A stretch of DNA of 64,000 nt from an uncultured cyanobacterium (GCA_963718615.1 OY970368.1:4416001-4480000), one strand, 5' to 3'. Counted from the first letter of the stretch, positions 1-10,482 are shown. The notes: generated from the letters alone by a model not told the origin. Numbers and translations: made by a program.

Positions 1-260
1 ATTAACCAACGGCAAGGGCTGAGCTCATGAAATGCATTACATATCTTTACTTTTAACGATCCCCTTTCAATTCATCAAGGGGCAATTCCCGAGTTTAAGG
101 ATTTCCTCAGGTTTTCTCTCTGTCCAAGGTGAGCGCAGCCTAGCATTTTCACGTCCGTCCTTTCCCTGGAATCGAACGGCTTGTCCGGAGTTCTGGCAAC
201 CGCTAGACTGAGGGAACGTTAACATTGCTCTTTATTTCTTTTTGTTACGGGAGACCCACG

Positions 261-374
261 ATGATTGAACCATTGCTCTGTGGCATTGTGCTTGGCCTAA
301 TTCCCATTACCCTCGCAGGTCTATTCGTGGCTGCGTATCTGCAATATCGTCGGGGCAACCAACTGGGCATTTAG
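261..374 (+). CDS. petG: cytochrome b6f complex subunit V
   Basis: Hand translation [37 protein letters not shown], typical PetG; too short for the ORF track. Confidence 0.95.
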   Translation: MIEPLLCGIVLGLIPITLAGLFVAAYLQYRRGNQLGI

Positions 375-934
375 TCTGGTTCCGCCCAGTGACCTTCAGC
401 CCAGTGACAGAGGGTGAGTTGACTGCTGCCGTAGGTTTTGGAGCGATCGCTCACTAGCCCCTTCGGCAGGACTAAAGCATATCCTGGGTGATGTTCCACC
501 GCCAAACAGCCTTCGGGCGCAAGGAGCCGGTGCTGGGCGATCGCCGCCAAAACCGGCTCATAGAGATTTCCCTGATAGGGTGGGTCAAAATAAATTCGGT
601 CAAACTGCTCTCCGGCGAGCTGGGGTAAACGCTTCACAATATTGCCCCGCATCAGCCGCACCGTTTGCTCGGGTTTGACCACTTTCTGCCAGTTTTCTTC
701 GATCACCCGCAGCGCCGCTGGGGCTTGCTCGATGCCGACCACCAGGCTAGCACCTCGGCAGAGGGCCTCTGCCCCCATGGCCCCACTCCCAGCGCAAAGA
801 TCCAGCCATCGACAGCCTTCGATTTCTCCCTGCCACATATTAAACAGTGCTTCCCGCACCCGACCGAGGGTAGGCCGGGACAGTTGACCAGGAGGGGTTT
901 TGAGCAGGCGGTTGCCATAGATCCGGAGGGCCAT
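371..934 (-). CDS. rsmD: 16S rRNA m2G966 methyltransferase
   Basis: MALRIYGNR...[23 protein letters not shown] motif, DPPY motif. Confidence 0.92.
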   Translation of the reverse strand: MALRIYGNRLLKTPPGQLSRPTLGRVREALFNMWQGEIEGCRWLDLCAGSGAMGAEALCRGASLVVGIEQAPAALRVIEENWQKVVKPEQTVRLMRGNIVKRLPQLAGEQFDRIYFDPPYQGNLYEPVLAAIAQHRLLAPEGCLAVEHHPGYALVLPKGLVSDRSKTYGSSQLTLCHWAEGHWAEPD

Positions 935-938
935 GGCG

Positions 939-1625
939 TTAGCGGGCCGCAACCGTAGCAGACTGAACTGGAGCGGTTGGCTGGGCGGCGATCGCCACAA
1001 AATTCGCCAGAATTTGCAACCCAGCCTGGGAGGATTTTTCCGGGTGAAACTGAGTGGCCATTAGATTCTGCTGAGCGATGGCAGCGGTTACGGTTTGGCT
1101 TCCGTGGGTCACTGTCGCCGCATTGACAGCCCCATCCTTGGGCTCCACGTAGAACGAATGGACAAAATACATCCAGGGCTCCGCCGGTAGCGCCCCCCAG
1201 AGGGCACAATCTGGCTGGGTCAGCGTCAAGGGATTCCAGCCCATGTGGGGAATCGTCAGCCCCGGCTCCGAGCGAAACCGGCGCACCCAACCAGGCACAA
1301 TCCCCAGACCGGGCTCTTTTCCTTCTTCACTGCCATCGAATAAAATTTGCATTCCCAGACAAATTCCTAAGAAAGGTTTGCCCATCCTGGCAATGTGGCG
1401 CAGGGGTTCGATGAGTTGGCGATCGCGCAAATGCTGAATCGCCGGGTCAAACGCCCCTACCCCCGGCAGCACCACCCCATCGGCCTGGGCCAACACCGCT
1501 GGATCATCGGTGATTTGGGTTTGGGCTCCCGCCATTTCTAGGCCCTTACAGGCGGAGTGGAGATTGCCCATGTCATAGTCGACCACAGCGATGGTAGGGA
1601 TTGGGTCGGGAGAGTGAGTCTTCAC
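939..1625 (-). CDS. hisH: imidazole glycerol phosphate synthase glutamine amidotransferase subunit
   Basis: VVDYDMGNL, PGVGAF, GICLGMQ, QFHPEKS motifs; exact start uncertain. Confidence 0.95.
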   Translation of the reverse strand: MKTHSPDPIPTIAVVDYDMGNLHSACKGLEMAGAQTQITDDPAVLAQADGVVLPGVGAFDPAIQHLRDRQLIEPLRHIARMGKPFLGICLGMQILFDGSEEGKEPGLGIVPGWVRRFRSEPGLTIPHMGWNPLTLTQPDCALWGALPAEPWMYFVHSFYVEPKDGAVNAATVTHGSQTVTAAIAQQNLMATQFHPEKSSQAGLQILANFVAIAAQPTAPVQSATVAAR

Positions 1626-1708
1626 GAATGGCTTGCTCCAGGAAATCGCTCAGCGGCAGGGGCAATCCAGCGCTAGCCCGATCGTCCCCTTATCAATTTA
1701 TCTCGCCC

Positions 1709-2311
1709 GTGGGAATAATAAGAGCACCTGAACCCAAGATCCTCATCACCGCCTTTGCAACCTGGTTGCCCCATCAGCGCTCAAATGCGTCCGATGAGCT
1801 GCTGCGGTTGCTCCAGGCCCAAGCCTCCCTGCCGCCTACCTGCCAATTGCTTCATCCGCTGCCGGTTTGTGTTGAAACTGCCTATCAGCAGATTCAAGAC
1901 CGGCTTGAAGATCGGCTTGCAGATCGGCCCGAGCACCGGCCCTTTGACTTTGTCATTTGCTGTGGGATGGCGGAATCTCGCGATCGCCTCACCCTAGAGG
2001 CCCAAGCGGTTATCGATGGGGTAGCCTATTGGACCCCGATCTCCCTGATACAGCTATTGACCCCGAGAAAACCATTTCAGTGTATGGAAGTGAGTCTCGA
2101 TGCAGGACAATTTGTCTGTAACGGTCTTTACTTCCGTCTACTGAAGCAGTTTTGGCAAAGTTCCTTCGAGAACAAGGTGAAGGGACTTGCTAGTACAGTA
2201 CGGACAAGGCCCGCGCCGCTATTTGTCCATGTACCCCCTCTGACGTTGGAAAATATACCGGTAGTCCTCCAGGACTTTCGGCTGCTGCTCCAGCGTCTGC
2301 TCGATGGATAG
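1709..2311 (+). CDS. pyroglutamyl peptidase I (C15)-like protein
   Basis: ILITAF...SNAS, CCGMA, DAGQFVCN catalytic Cys, FVHVP; start uncertain (GTG 1709 chosen). Confidence 0.75.
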   Translation: MGIIRAPEPKILITAFATWLPHQRSNASDELLRLLQAQASLPPTCQLLHPLPVCVETAYQQIQDRLEDRLADRPEHRPFDFVICCGMAESRDRLTLEAQAVIDGVAYWTPISLIQLLTPRKPFQCMEVSLDAGQFVCNGLYFRLLKQFWQSSFENKVKGLASTVRTRPAPLFVHVPPLTLENIPVVLQDFRLLLQRLLDG

Positions 2312-2455
2312 GCCTGATTTGCCATGATCCACTGGATTCACTGGATTCACCAGATTCGCAGTGATGATTCAGAGATTTATGGGCTGTGCTGTAGGAATTG
2401 GGTCTGCTGCTTCGATGTTTTTCTTCCCTGTTCTCAGCGGTGACTATTGCTTGTT

Positions 2456-3907
2456 ATGAAGTTTGCATTCTTTGCCTTGTTCATCCTGACGCCGTTTTTC
2501 GGTACAACCGCCTGGGCCAAACCGACAGCGGTCCCGAATCCTGGTCCTGTGGCGGTGACGCGATCGCCGGGCCAAATTTTGGTTAACCAAGAGGTGCGAC
2601 CCTTACCGGGCTCCTTGGATGCGGTGCCGGTTTTTAATAGCAATAATCCAGAGATTATCCAGGGAGAAGGGATTTTGCTCTCGACCTTCCCCTCCCAAGG
2701 GCGACGCTATCCCCAGGCCCACCTCAACTACCCCTTTGAGGGGCGGTTTGATATCTTTACCCACCACATTACCCAGGCCAAGACTGCGGCCCAAACGCGC
2801 ACTCTATTTCAGGGGATGTTGCTGCATAATCCCGGCGACAAAACCATTCGGATCGAGGTCCTTGAAGCCTCCACCTATCTGACTCGGCCCGATGCCCTCT
2901 ATGTGCCCCTGGCTCCCTATATCGAAGATCCCATCGGTCGGGTTTATTCCGGTCCCGGCAGTCGCCTCGTCAGCGATATTTTGCGGGGGCGTCGCCAAGG
3001 CATCTGGCCTTCGGTGATTCGCATTCCGCCGAAGCAAAGCATGATGCTGATGAATCTGCCCATTCCGGTCGGCAAGGTAACCCCCTCCTCCAATGGCCGC
3101 TCGACCCTCGCGCGACTCTGGAGCAGCGGTCCGGTGTATCTGGCGAATATGGCACTTCAGGCTCCCCTGGATGCCCAAGGACGAGAACGAACACCGACCC
3201 TAGAGGACTGGGAATCCCTGGCGATGAACGGAAATCTAGTCCAGCCCCGCGACCATACGGCCAGCCCACCGGGAACGCCGCCGGAGGATATTATTTTTAG
3301 CCGAGTTTCGGGCGTGGCGAAGGGCTCCCGCTGGCGGGCGCGGATCACGGACACGCCGGACAGTAGCTACCTGACGATTCCTGAAGAAGGTAAGGCCTTT
3401 TCCTACGGGTTTAGCCTGTTGCCCAAGGGGACGCTGGGTACTGGCCAAGTCCAGAGCGCACCCCTGCTGGCCCGCTATCCCGACTCCGCCTATATGGCCC
3501 ATGGCAATTACGGCATTGAGTACAACATGCTTTTACCCCTGGGCAACCCGCGTAATCGGCCTCAAACCATTGGCATTGCCATTGAGACGCCTGTAAAAAC
3601 CGATGAGGGAGGTGGCCTGTGGTTTATGGATCCGCCGCCCGATCGCGTGTTTTATCGAGGGACTGTACGGCTGCGGTATGTGGATGATCGCGATCGCCTC
3701 CAAACCCGCTATGTCCATTTGGTCCAGCACCGGGGCGAACAGGGTCAACCCTTGATCTTTGTGACGCTCAAACCCGGCGAACGCCGCAGTGTCCGGCTCG
3801 ATTTTCTCTACCCTCCAGATGCGACGCCCCCGCAAGTACTGACGGTCAAAACGGTCGATCCAACGACCGCCCAACGGCAACCGGCGATTCTTGGCGAACG
3901 GCCCTAA
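2456..3907 (+). CDS. DUF3370-family secreted protein
   Basis: Signal peptide; VPVFNSNNPE, AHGNYGIEY and YPPDATPPQVLTV motifs; paralogue at 57999-59369. Confidence 0.8.
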   Translation: MKFAFFALFILTPFFGTTAWAKPTAVPNPGPVAVTRSPGQILVNQEVRPLPGSLDAVPVFNSNNPEIIQGEGILLSTFPSQGRRYPQAHLNYPFEGRFDIFTHHITQAKTAAQTRTLFQGMLLHNPGDKTIRIEVLEASTYLTRPDALYVPLAPYIEDPIGRVYSGPGSRLVSDILRGRRQGIWPSVIRIPPKQSMMLMNLPIPVGKVTPSSNGRSTLARLWSSGPVYLANMALQAPLDAQGRERTPTLEDWESLAMNGNLVQPRDHTASPPGTPPEDIIFSRVSGVAKGSRWRARITDTPDSSYLTIPEEGKAFSYGFSLLPKGTLGTGQVQSAPLLARYPDSAYMAHGNYGIEYNMLLPLGNPRNRPQTIGIAIETPVKTDEGGGLWFMDPPPDRVFYRGTVRLRYVDDRDRLQTRYVHLVQHRGEQGQPLIFVTLKPGERRSVRLDFLYPPDATPPQVLTVKTVDPTTAQRQPAILGERP

Positions 3908-4042
3908 TGCGAATGGCCTGGATGGGTCTTGGCGCGATAGTCTGGATCCCAGGCTATCGAGTAGCCGTGATCGGGGCCGACTGTTTGGGTTGCGCCCGTG
4001 CCGCTTTAAGATGAAGTTGGCCCTCCTCCGCTCAGTGTCCCT

Positions 4043-5815
4043 ATGAAATCTCGCTTTCGTACGCTGCTGATTGCCACCGTTTTGGTCCTGCTGCTGTCCG
4101 GTCTTGGGAGTTTCCTCTGGATTGGGTTGCAGAGCCCACTGACGCTGCTAACCCAGGGGGGAAAATCAGTGCCCACGACGGCGATGTTTGTCCCCCGCCG
4201 TGCCCCTTTGGCGGCCTCGTTGCTGGTCAATCCCAATCGTCTTGTGACGCTGCGGCAGCTCTTAACGGCTCCAGGCCAGCGGCGGCAGTCCCGCGCGGAG
4301 ATGAAGAAGATCCAGGATGGATTACTGGCGTCGGTGGATTTGGAATATGAGCGAGATATCCGGCCCTGGCTGGGGGATGAAGCGACGCTAGCAGTAACGA
4401 CGCTGGATATGGACCGAGACCCGACCAACGGTCAACAGCCAGGGTATTTGCTCGCTCTGGCGACGAAGGATTCAAAACGGGCGCGGCAGTTTTTGCAAGT
4501 CTATTGGCAGCGTCGGGCGGCGGATGGTACAGACCTTCATTACGAACAGGTGCAGGGGGTCAAGCTGATCTATGGCGATGCGGCCAAGGCTGCGCCTGAG
4601 GCGATCGCCCCTGAAACCCATCCTGACCCAACCGACCCTCAAACCATTGCCAGTGCCTTGGTGGGCGATCGCTACCTCCTCTTCGCCAATGCCCCCAAAG
4701 TTCTGCGGGATGCGGTCAACAATGTCCAGGTCCCAGAACTCAATTTGGCCAATGCTCCCCAATATCGCCGCAGCCTTGAAGTTTTAACGGCCCCTAGAGT
4801 TGCCTTTCTCTATGCCAATCTCAACGCCCTTGGGGGCTGGCTCGAAAATCAAGGCTTGACGATTAATAAAACCGCCCGCGATGGGGTCGTCACCTCAGGA
4901 CTGTATCAAGGGCTCGCCCTAGGATTGGGCATTACGCCCCAGGGTCTCCTCGCGGATACGGCGCTCTTAGAAGCGGTCCCCGTTGCCTCGGAGGCCGTCT
5001 TGGCGGCGACGGAGACCAGTCCGTCCGGTGGCCACAAACCCGAGCAATTGCTCAACTATTTACCCAAAAACAGCATTGCCGTTGCCTCCAGCAGTCACCT
5101 CGACCAGCTATGGGCCAAGGCACAGGGGGTGCTGCAAGCCTATCCGGCGATGAATACCCTGGTGGATCGCACCTTTGACCGGATTCAGGACGACTGGAGC
5201 CTTGACATTACTCAAGAAATTTTTCCCTGGGTGAAGGGTGAATATGCCCTCGCGCCCATCGAGCGGCCCCAGGGTCTGGACTGGATTTTTGTGGTCGATC
5301 GCACCTCTCCCGAAGCCCAGGCAGGCATTGCCCACCTCGACGACCTTGCCCGTGACCAAGGCTATAGCATTGGGGGCTTGACCCTAGCGGACCGGGAAGT
5401 CACCGCCTGGACTCAGCTCAAGCCGGAAGGTCAGCAAGCCTCGGCGGCTAATGCAATTCGGGCCTTAGTGCGCGGTGTACATGCTTCCATCGATCGCTAC
5501 GAGCTCTTTTCCACGTCACTGGATGCCATGGAGGCGGTGCTGCAAGCTTCGGAAAATACGGCCCTGGTGGACAATCGCAGTTTCAAACAGGCGATCGCCC
5601 CCCTCCCCGCAGAAAACCAAGGCTATTTCTATCTCGACTGGCACAACAATCAAACCTTGCTCCGTCAAGATCTGCCCCTGGTGCGCATTTTGGAATTGAC
5701 GGCTCAGCCCCTGTTCCAGCATCTCAAGGCGATTTCGTTGAGTGGCTATGAGAACGGTTCGACGGCAGGAATCCAGCGGGCGGCGATCGCCCTTCAACTG
5801 GGCCAAACCCCCTAG
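4043..5815 (+). CDS. DUF3352-family membrane-anchored protein
   Basis: N-terminal TM, DIRPWLGDEATLA and IFPWVKGEYALA motifs typical of cyanobacterial DUF3352. Confidence 0.7.
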   Translation: MKSRFRTLLIATVLVLLLSGLGSFLWIGLQSPLTLLTQGGKSVPTTAMFVPRRAPLAASLLVNPNRLVTLRQLLTAPGQRRQSRAEMKKIQDGLLASVDLEYERDIRPWLGDEATLAVTTLDMDRDPTNGQQPGYLLALATKDSKRARQFLQVYWQRRAADGTDLHYEQVQGVKLIYGDAAKAAPEAIAPETHPDPTDPQTIASALVGDRYLLFANAPKVLRDAVNNVQVPELNLANAPQYRRSLEVLTAPRVAFLYANLNALGGWLENQGLTINKTARDGVVTSGLYQGLALGLGITPQGLLADTALLEAVPVASEAVLAATETSPSGGHKPEQLLNYLPKNSIAVASSSHLDQLWAKAQGVLQAYPAMNTLVDRTFDRIQDDWSLDITQEIFPWVKGEYALAPIERPQGLDWIFVVDRTSPEAQAGIAHLDDLARDQGYSIGGLTLADREVTAWTQLKPEGQQASAANAIRALVRGVHASIDRYELFSTSLDAMEAVLQASENTALVDNRSFKQAIAPLPAENQGYFYLDWHNNQTLLRQDLPLVRILELTAQPLFQHLKAISLSGYENGSTAGIQRAAIALQLGQTP

Positions 5816-5996
5816 GGGCGAACCAAAACGGCTACGAACGAAGCTTTAAGGATTGAGCATCGGTTCTCAACCTGAATTTGTGCACCCTGGGAGAGGGACG
5901 CCTAGCCATTAGGCCGATATCCTAGAGTTAGACCGTTTCAGCGTTTTGTACGGTGTTTTTTACAGTGTTTTGTACTGGGAATCCTAAGCTGGCACT

Positions 5997-7154
5997 ATGA
6001 CCCATGGCACTTTGGATGCAAAGGCCTCGCCCAATGAATTTATTCCAGGCTCTCTCTCCGCAGCACTCGACCAAGTGCTAGACCGGCATCGGGGAGAGCG
6101 TTTCCTGATTGTGATGCAGGATTTTCCGGACCCTGACGCCCTATCTTCCGGCTGGGCGTTTAAACTGATTGCCCAGCGGTACCGTATCGACTGTGATTTA
6201 GTCTATGCCGGAACCCTGAGCCATCAGGAGAATATCGCGCTCGTGAAATTGACCAATCTGCCTGCCCAGCGCTGGACATTGCAAGCATTTCGCGACAAGG
6301 ATATTTCGATTTATTCGGGCTGTGTTTTTATCGATAGCCAAGGGGCGACGAGTCAGTTGACGCCGCTGATCTTGAAAGCCGAGCTGCCGATTGTGGCGAT
6401 GATTGACCATCACAACGGTCACACGGAGCTACCGGTCGAATTTCTTGATCTGCGGCCTCATATCCGGGCGACGGCGGCGATCGTGACGCAGTATATTCAA
6501 GCGGGATTACTGGACTTTGATCCGGATTCGGCGCAGCACGCTCGCTGTGCCACGGCGCTGATGCATGGGTTGCGATCGGATACGCAAAATCTCCAGCAGG
6601 CTCGTGAGGAGGAGTTTTTGGCGGCAGCTTATCTGAGCCGGTTTTATGATGCGCCGTTGTTGAGTGCGGTGTTGCGATCGTCTCGGTCGAAGCGGGTGAT
6701 GGATGTGATTGAGCGGGCACTGCGTCATCGGGTGGTGCAAAACAGTTTTTCGGTAGCGGGTGTGGAGTATTTGCGCTACGAAGACCGGGATGCAATTCCC
6801 CAGGCGGCGGATTTTCTCATCACTGAGGAAAATGTCCATACGGCGCTGGTCTATGGCATTGTCCACGACGAAGATGAAGATCTAGAGCTGGTGGTGGGTT
6901 CATTGCGCACCAACAAAATTACGCTGGATCCCGATGAGTTTATTAAGGAAGCCTTTGGCCGAGATGCCCAAGGGCGGTTTTTTGGCGGGGGACGAGCCCA
7001 GGCGGGTGGGTTTGAAATTCCGGTGGGGTTTCTTTCGGGCGGCAATGAGCAATCAGACTATGCTCGGCTGAAGTGGCAAGCCTTTGATACCCGCATTAAG
7101 CAAAAGCTTCAGGAGTTGGTGAATCCGCTGGATGACCCGTTGCGATCGCGCTAA
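5997..7154 (+). CDS. DHH-family phosphoesterase (NrnA-like)
   Basis: DFPDPDA, IDHH, SDT and GGGR...AGG motifs. Confidence 0.85.
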   Translation: MTHGTLDAKASPNEFIPGSLSAALDQVLDRHRGERFLIVMQDFPDPDALSSGWAFKLIAQRYRIDCDLVYAGTLSHQENIALVKLTNLPAQRWTLQAFRDKDISIYSGCVFIDSQGATSQLTPLILKAELPIVAMIDHHNGHTELPVEFLDLRPHIRATAAIVTQYIQAGLLDFDPDSAQHARCATALMHGLRSDTQNLQQAREEEFLAAAYLSRFYDAPLLSAVLRSSRSKRVMDVIERALRHRVVQNSFSVAGVEYLRYEDRDAIPQAADFLITEENVHTALVYGIVHDEDEDLELVVGSLRTNKITLDPDEFIKEAFGRDAQGRFFGGGRAQAGGFEIPVGFLSGGNEQSDYARLKWQAFDTRIKQKLQELVNPLDDPLRSR

Positions 7155-7843
7155 CCCTCTCCCGTTAGGCTATCTGGATCAATCCCCAATTCCCGGAGCT
7201 TTTCAGCAAGGAGATGCGATCGCCTTTCAGCCTGCTCAAGCTGCTTAGCAATCTCGGTATAGCTCAGAAACGGCTTACCCGTCGGATAAAAGACTTGCAT
7301 CCCGTTCCCTGACAAGTCAAATTGAATTTTCAGCCTCGGGCTGATCCATTCCTTCTCGAAGTCAACAAAATCTAGACCTTCTTCACCCCGCAACCAAACG
7401 CGCAACTCGTTAATCTCTGGGTCATAAATATAGTATTCTTCAACCCCATGGCGCTCATAGAAAAGGAGCTTGCGATCCATTTCTGTGGTGGTATTGCCTG
7501 GCGACAAAATCTCAAAAACGACTTGGGGAGCAATGTCATCTTCTTCCCACTGTTTGTAGGAGCCGCGATCGCCCTTAGGCCGACCCAATACAACCATAAC
7601 ATCCGGTGCTGTTCGGCGTTGATTGCGGCCTTGAATCGGATACCAAAGGAGATCTCCGGCAACAAAAACCATGGGATCGTCAGCAAAGAGAACGTCTAAG
7701 TTTTTCTTGAGTAAGACAATCCACTCAAATTGTTTCGTGTTGTCTGCCATGGGTTGGCCATCGCTATCAGGATAAAAAATATCGGTATCGGCAACCGATT
7801 GGTCCTGAGGAGATTTGATTGTGGTTTCGAGCTGTCTTACCAT
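7151..7843 (-). CDS. Uma2-family (PD-(D/E)XK) endonuclease
   Basis: YPDSDGQPMADNT, APDVMV, VFEILSP, GVEEYYIYDP. Confidence 0.9.
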   Translation of the reverse strand: MVRQLETTIKSPQDQSVADTDIFYPDSDGQPMADNTKQFEWIVLLKKNLDVLFADDPMVFVAGDLLWYPIQGRNQRRTAPDVMVVLGRPKGDRGSYKQWEEDDIAPQVVFEILSPGNTTTEMDRKLLFYERHGVEEYYIYDPEINELRVWLRGEEGLDFVDFEKEWISPRLKIQFDLSGNGMQVFYPTGKPFLSYTEIAKQLEQAERRSHLLAEKLRELGIDPDSLTGEG

Positions 7844-8001
7844 GTCTTTTGCAGCACCGGAACAGCGCTTGGTGAAGCAATAGTTTCAATTTAGCATGGA
7901 GGTTGTGGGGCTTTTGCGGGAGACTCTGGAGCCATAAAAAAGTTGATGGGTTTTGAAGCACAATTTTTCGCCTCAAACCATCAACTCCTGCCGTAGATTT
8001 C

Positions 8002-8409
8002 CTAGGCCACGCTGTCGTTGCCAATGTGACGGACAAGGTAGTCCATGATCCGGTCTGTGCGGCGCATGTGGGCCTCAAATAGTCCTTTCATGTGCTGGAC
8101 CTCTGCAATGAGGTTGCTCACCTGTAGCCGAAGGTGTTCGAAGGCGTTTTCGTAGTTTTGCATTTGGTCCCCTAAGTTGAGGACCATTTGGGTGATTTGG
8201 ATGACCTCGCCGTTGAGCTGTCGTTGGATGCCGTCAACCCGCTGGTCTAGGCGGGCGATGTCATTCTTCACTTCAGCAATGTCTTGTTTCAACTCCTGAC
8301 GCAGGTCGCCCATCTCCTGATGCAGATCAGCCTGTCCCTGTTTCAGGGTGGACACGTCTGCCACGAGGGCGACGATCGCGGATTCAATTCGATCTAGCTG
8401 TTCACTCAT
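8002..8409 (-). CDS. coiled-coil hypothetical protein
   Basis: 135 aa ORF with heptad pattern, ATG start with upstream GAGGAAAG. Confidence 0.65.
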   Translation of the reverse strand: MSEQLDRIESAIVALVADVSTLKQGQADLHQEMGDLRQELKQDIAEVKNDIARLDQRVDGIQRQLNGEVIQITQMVLNLGDQMQNYENAFEHLRLQVSNLIAEVQHMKGLFEAHMRRTDRIMDYLVRHIGNDSVA

Positions 8410-8446
8410 GGCTGCTTTCCTCGTCTCTTAAATTTAGTATTCATCC

Positions 8447-8689
8447 TCAACAAGACGCTCTACGGAGGAATGCGGGAGATTCTGGGGCAACGGGGGCAGC
8501 TTCCTCAGTTCCTAAGGCTCTATAATTTTGCCCCACTCTGACAGACCAATATCGACCAACTTTTTTGAAATGGAGAGACGGATGAGAAGAATTTTTCTTA
8601 AGCAACTCATAGGACTGATCAGCAGTTTTCTGCACGGCTTTAGAGAGTTTGTCGTAACATTCCCAAAATTTGCGAGTTGTGCAGTGCAT
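8447..8689 (-). CDS. ParE/RelE-like toxin, C-terminus apparently replaced
   Basis: FWECYDKL...HPSLHFKKVGRYWSVRVGQNYRALG, then an atypical tail; overlaps the upstream gene's stop by 1 nt. Confidence 0.7.
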   Translation of the reverse strand: MHCTTRKFWECYDKLSKAVQKTADQSYELLKKNSSHPSLHFKKVGRYWSVRVGQNYRALGTEEAAPVAPESPAFLRRASC

Positions 8690-8889
8690 TAGATTTCTCG
8701 ATATTGACCTGCTGCGAATTCAGCGATCGCCTCTTCCGCCAAGGCATCCAGTTTCCCCTCTGTAATATCCTTTTCCAACTGTTCGTCCCAACGTTGATAA
8801 TCGAGGTCGAGAAACCATTCCAGTAGCAATTGGAATTGCTCGGGGGGCAGATCAAGAATCGCAGATTCAATTTGCTCAACAGTTGACAT
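8689..8889 (-). CDS. putative antitoxin
   Basis: 66 aa acidic MSTVEQIESAI...WDEQLEKDITEGKLDALAEEA, directly upstream of the toxin-like gene. Confidence 0.75.
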   Translation of the reverse strand: MSTVEQIESAILDLPPEQFQLLLEWFLDLDYQRWDEQLEKDITEGKLDALAEEAIAEFAAGQYREI

Positions 8890-8970
8890 AGTTTTTACTC
8901 AATTACAGGAACGAGGAATTTGAGAAACTTCCCAACCGGACAGAACAATTTCCGTCCGGTCATCAGCCTA

Positions 8971-9294
8971 TTAGGAGCGTTGACGAAATCCCTGAACAAT
9001 CAAATCGATCAGCGAAATCTTGAGTGCTGAATACACTAGGATCAATGTCCGTCCCGCAATATGAAAGTTGACAAGCCAACGAGGATATTGCTTATCTATC
9101 AGGTCATTGCGAACTTCATAAAGGTCACCGAGCCATTCCTCACGCCGATCCGCTGGAAATAAACAGATAACTGGATACGCTAACCAACGATCGGCCCAGG
9201 TTTGATACTCTGGAGCATCCTGGGGATAACCTTGAATAGAAAAAGGCTTTAACTGGCTTGCCTTCAATTCAGCAAACTGAGTCGGAGAGACCAT
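8971..9294 (-). CDS. small PadR-associated hypothetical protein
   Basis: LFPADRREEWLGDLYE motif and hydrophobic C-terminus, 16 nt downstream of padR; start at ATG 9294 inferred. Confidence 0.55.
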   Translation of the reverse strand: MVSPTQFAELKASQLKPFSIQGYPQDAPEYQTWADRWLAYPVICLFPADRREEWLGDLYEVRNDLIDKQYPRWLVNFHIAGRTLILVYSALKISLIDLIVQGFRQRS

Positions 9295-9310
9295 AATCGT
9301 CAACCTAATC

Positions 9311-9724
9311 TCAGACGGGTTGCCATGCCATAAGATCTGCACGGAAGAGTTCGGCTTCCCTAAGGACTGCTTCGCCCAATCCAGTAACGTGGTAGTAGCG
9401 GCGACGTGCTCCACCCCGCTCTGAACGCTCTTCATCTCCCCAACGGGATTGGACCAGACCTTTTTTCTCAAGACTGTGGAGAATCGGGTAGAGCGACCCC
9501 ATCTGGAGCGTTTGCTGACCCCGGCTCGCCTCCTGGATGGCTTGAGGAATTTGGAGACCATAGAGTTCTTTTCCATGGAGAGCCAGTAAAACCAGCTCTT
9601 CTTTTGGGGTGAATTGTGGGGCATTAGCTGGGCCTCGAATTTGAGGAATCTGGTGATTGGGGGAGGACATTGTCTGTGGCCTTGGTGGATTGTTTGTATG
9701 GAATTGCGCGCTTTCTTCTCTCAT
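9311..9724 (-). CDS. PadR-family transcriptional regulator
   Basis: ELYGLQI...GSLYPILHSLEKKGLV...RRRYYHVTGLG winged helix. Confidence 0.9.
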   Translation of the reverse strand: MREESAQFHTNNPPRPQTMSSPNHQIPQIRGPANAPQFTPKEELVLLALHGKELYGLQIPQAIQEASRGQQTLQMGSLYPILHSLEKKGLVQSRWGDEERSERGGARRRYYHVTGLGEAVLREAELFRADLMAWQPV

Positions 9725-9927
9725 AACTCCTTTCTTGAAACAACGCGCGCTTGTGTTCGACCTTATAAAAATACATTACCTTAAGAAAAAGATAGTTGGG
9801 CAGTTTGTACTGCTTTGAAGTCACCCCGTTAAGCGCTGGTTGAAGTAAGCGGTCCCTCTCGTAGGGGATTTTAAAGTGCAAAGCCAAAGTAGTGTTGTAG
9901 ATCGCTGCAAGAAAACACCTCGCCTCC

Positions 9928-10482
9928 ATGAACCTCTACCTCATCCGCCACGGCATCGCCGCCGAGCGCGGCACCTGCCCCAACGATCGCCACCGTCCCC
10001 TCACCGAAAAAGGAAAAACCAAAACCCGCGCCATCGCCCAACGCCTCCTCCAACTCGACCTCCAATTCGATCGCCTGCTCACCAGCCCCCTCACCCGCGC
10101 CCAGGAAACCGCCCAGCTTTTGCTCGAAGCAGGATTGAGCGATCGCCTAGATATCGCCGATTACCTTGCCCCCGAGGGATCCCTAGAAGATTGCCTTGGC
10201 GACCTGCATCGTCTTGAGGCTCATGGTCTTGAAGCTCACGGTCTTGAAACTCATGGTCTTGAGGCTGGTGATATAGCGATCGCCCTCATCGGCCACGAAC
10301 CCGACCTCAGCCAATGGGCCACTCGGTTAATGTGGGGTGATTTAGCCCAAGCGGACCAAGCTCCTGTTGAACCTCTGCTCCTCAAAAAAGCAGGCATCAT
10401 CGGTCTCAGCCTGCCGACCTCAGGATCAGCCCTGGGACAGAGTCAACTTTTTTGGCTTGCGCCGCCTCGTTTTTTGCGTTAG
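9928..10482 (+). CDS. sixA: phosphohistidine phosphatase
   Basis: LIRHGIA, RPLT, TSPLTRAQETA, IGHEP; precedes gltA as usual in cyanobacteria. Confidence 0.9.
   Translation: MNLYLIRHGIAAERGTCPNDRHRPLTEKGKTKTRAIAQRLLQLDLQFDRLLTSPLTRAQETAQLLLEAGLSDRLDIADYLAPEGSLEDCLGDLHRLEAHGLEAHGLETHGLEAGDIAIALIGHEPDLSQWATRLMWGDLAQADQAPVEPLLLKKAGIIGLSLPTSGSALGQSQLFWLAPPRFLR
10207..10266 (+). repeat. 4 x 15-bp in-frame tandem repeat in sixA (HGLEA)
   Basis: catcgtcttgaggct catggtcttgaagct cacggtcttgaaact catggtcttgaggct. Confidence 0.9.

Noticed and set aside
8971-9624. 217-aa ORF overlapping padR
   Set aside because: The 5' half is an alternative frame of padR; only the part from ATG 9294 looks protein-like.
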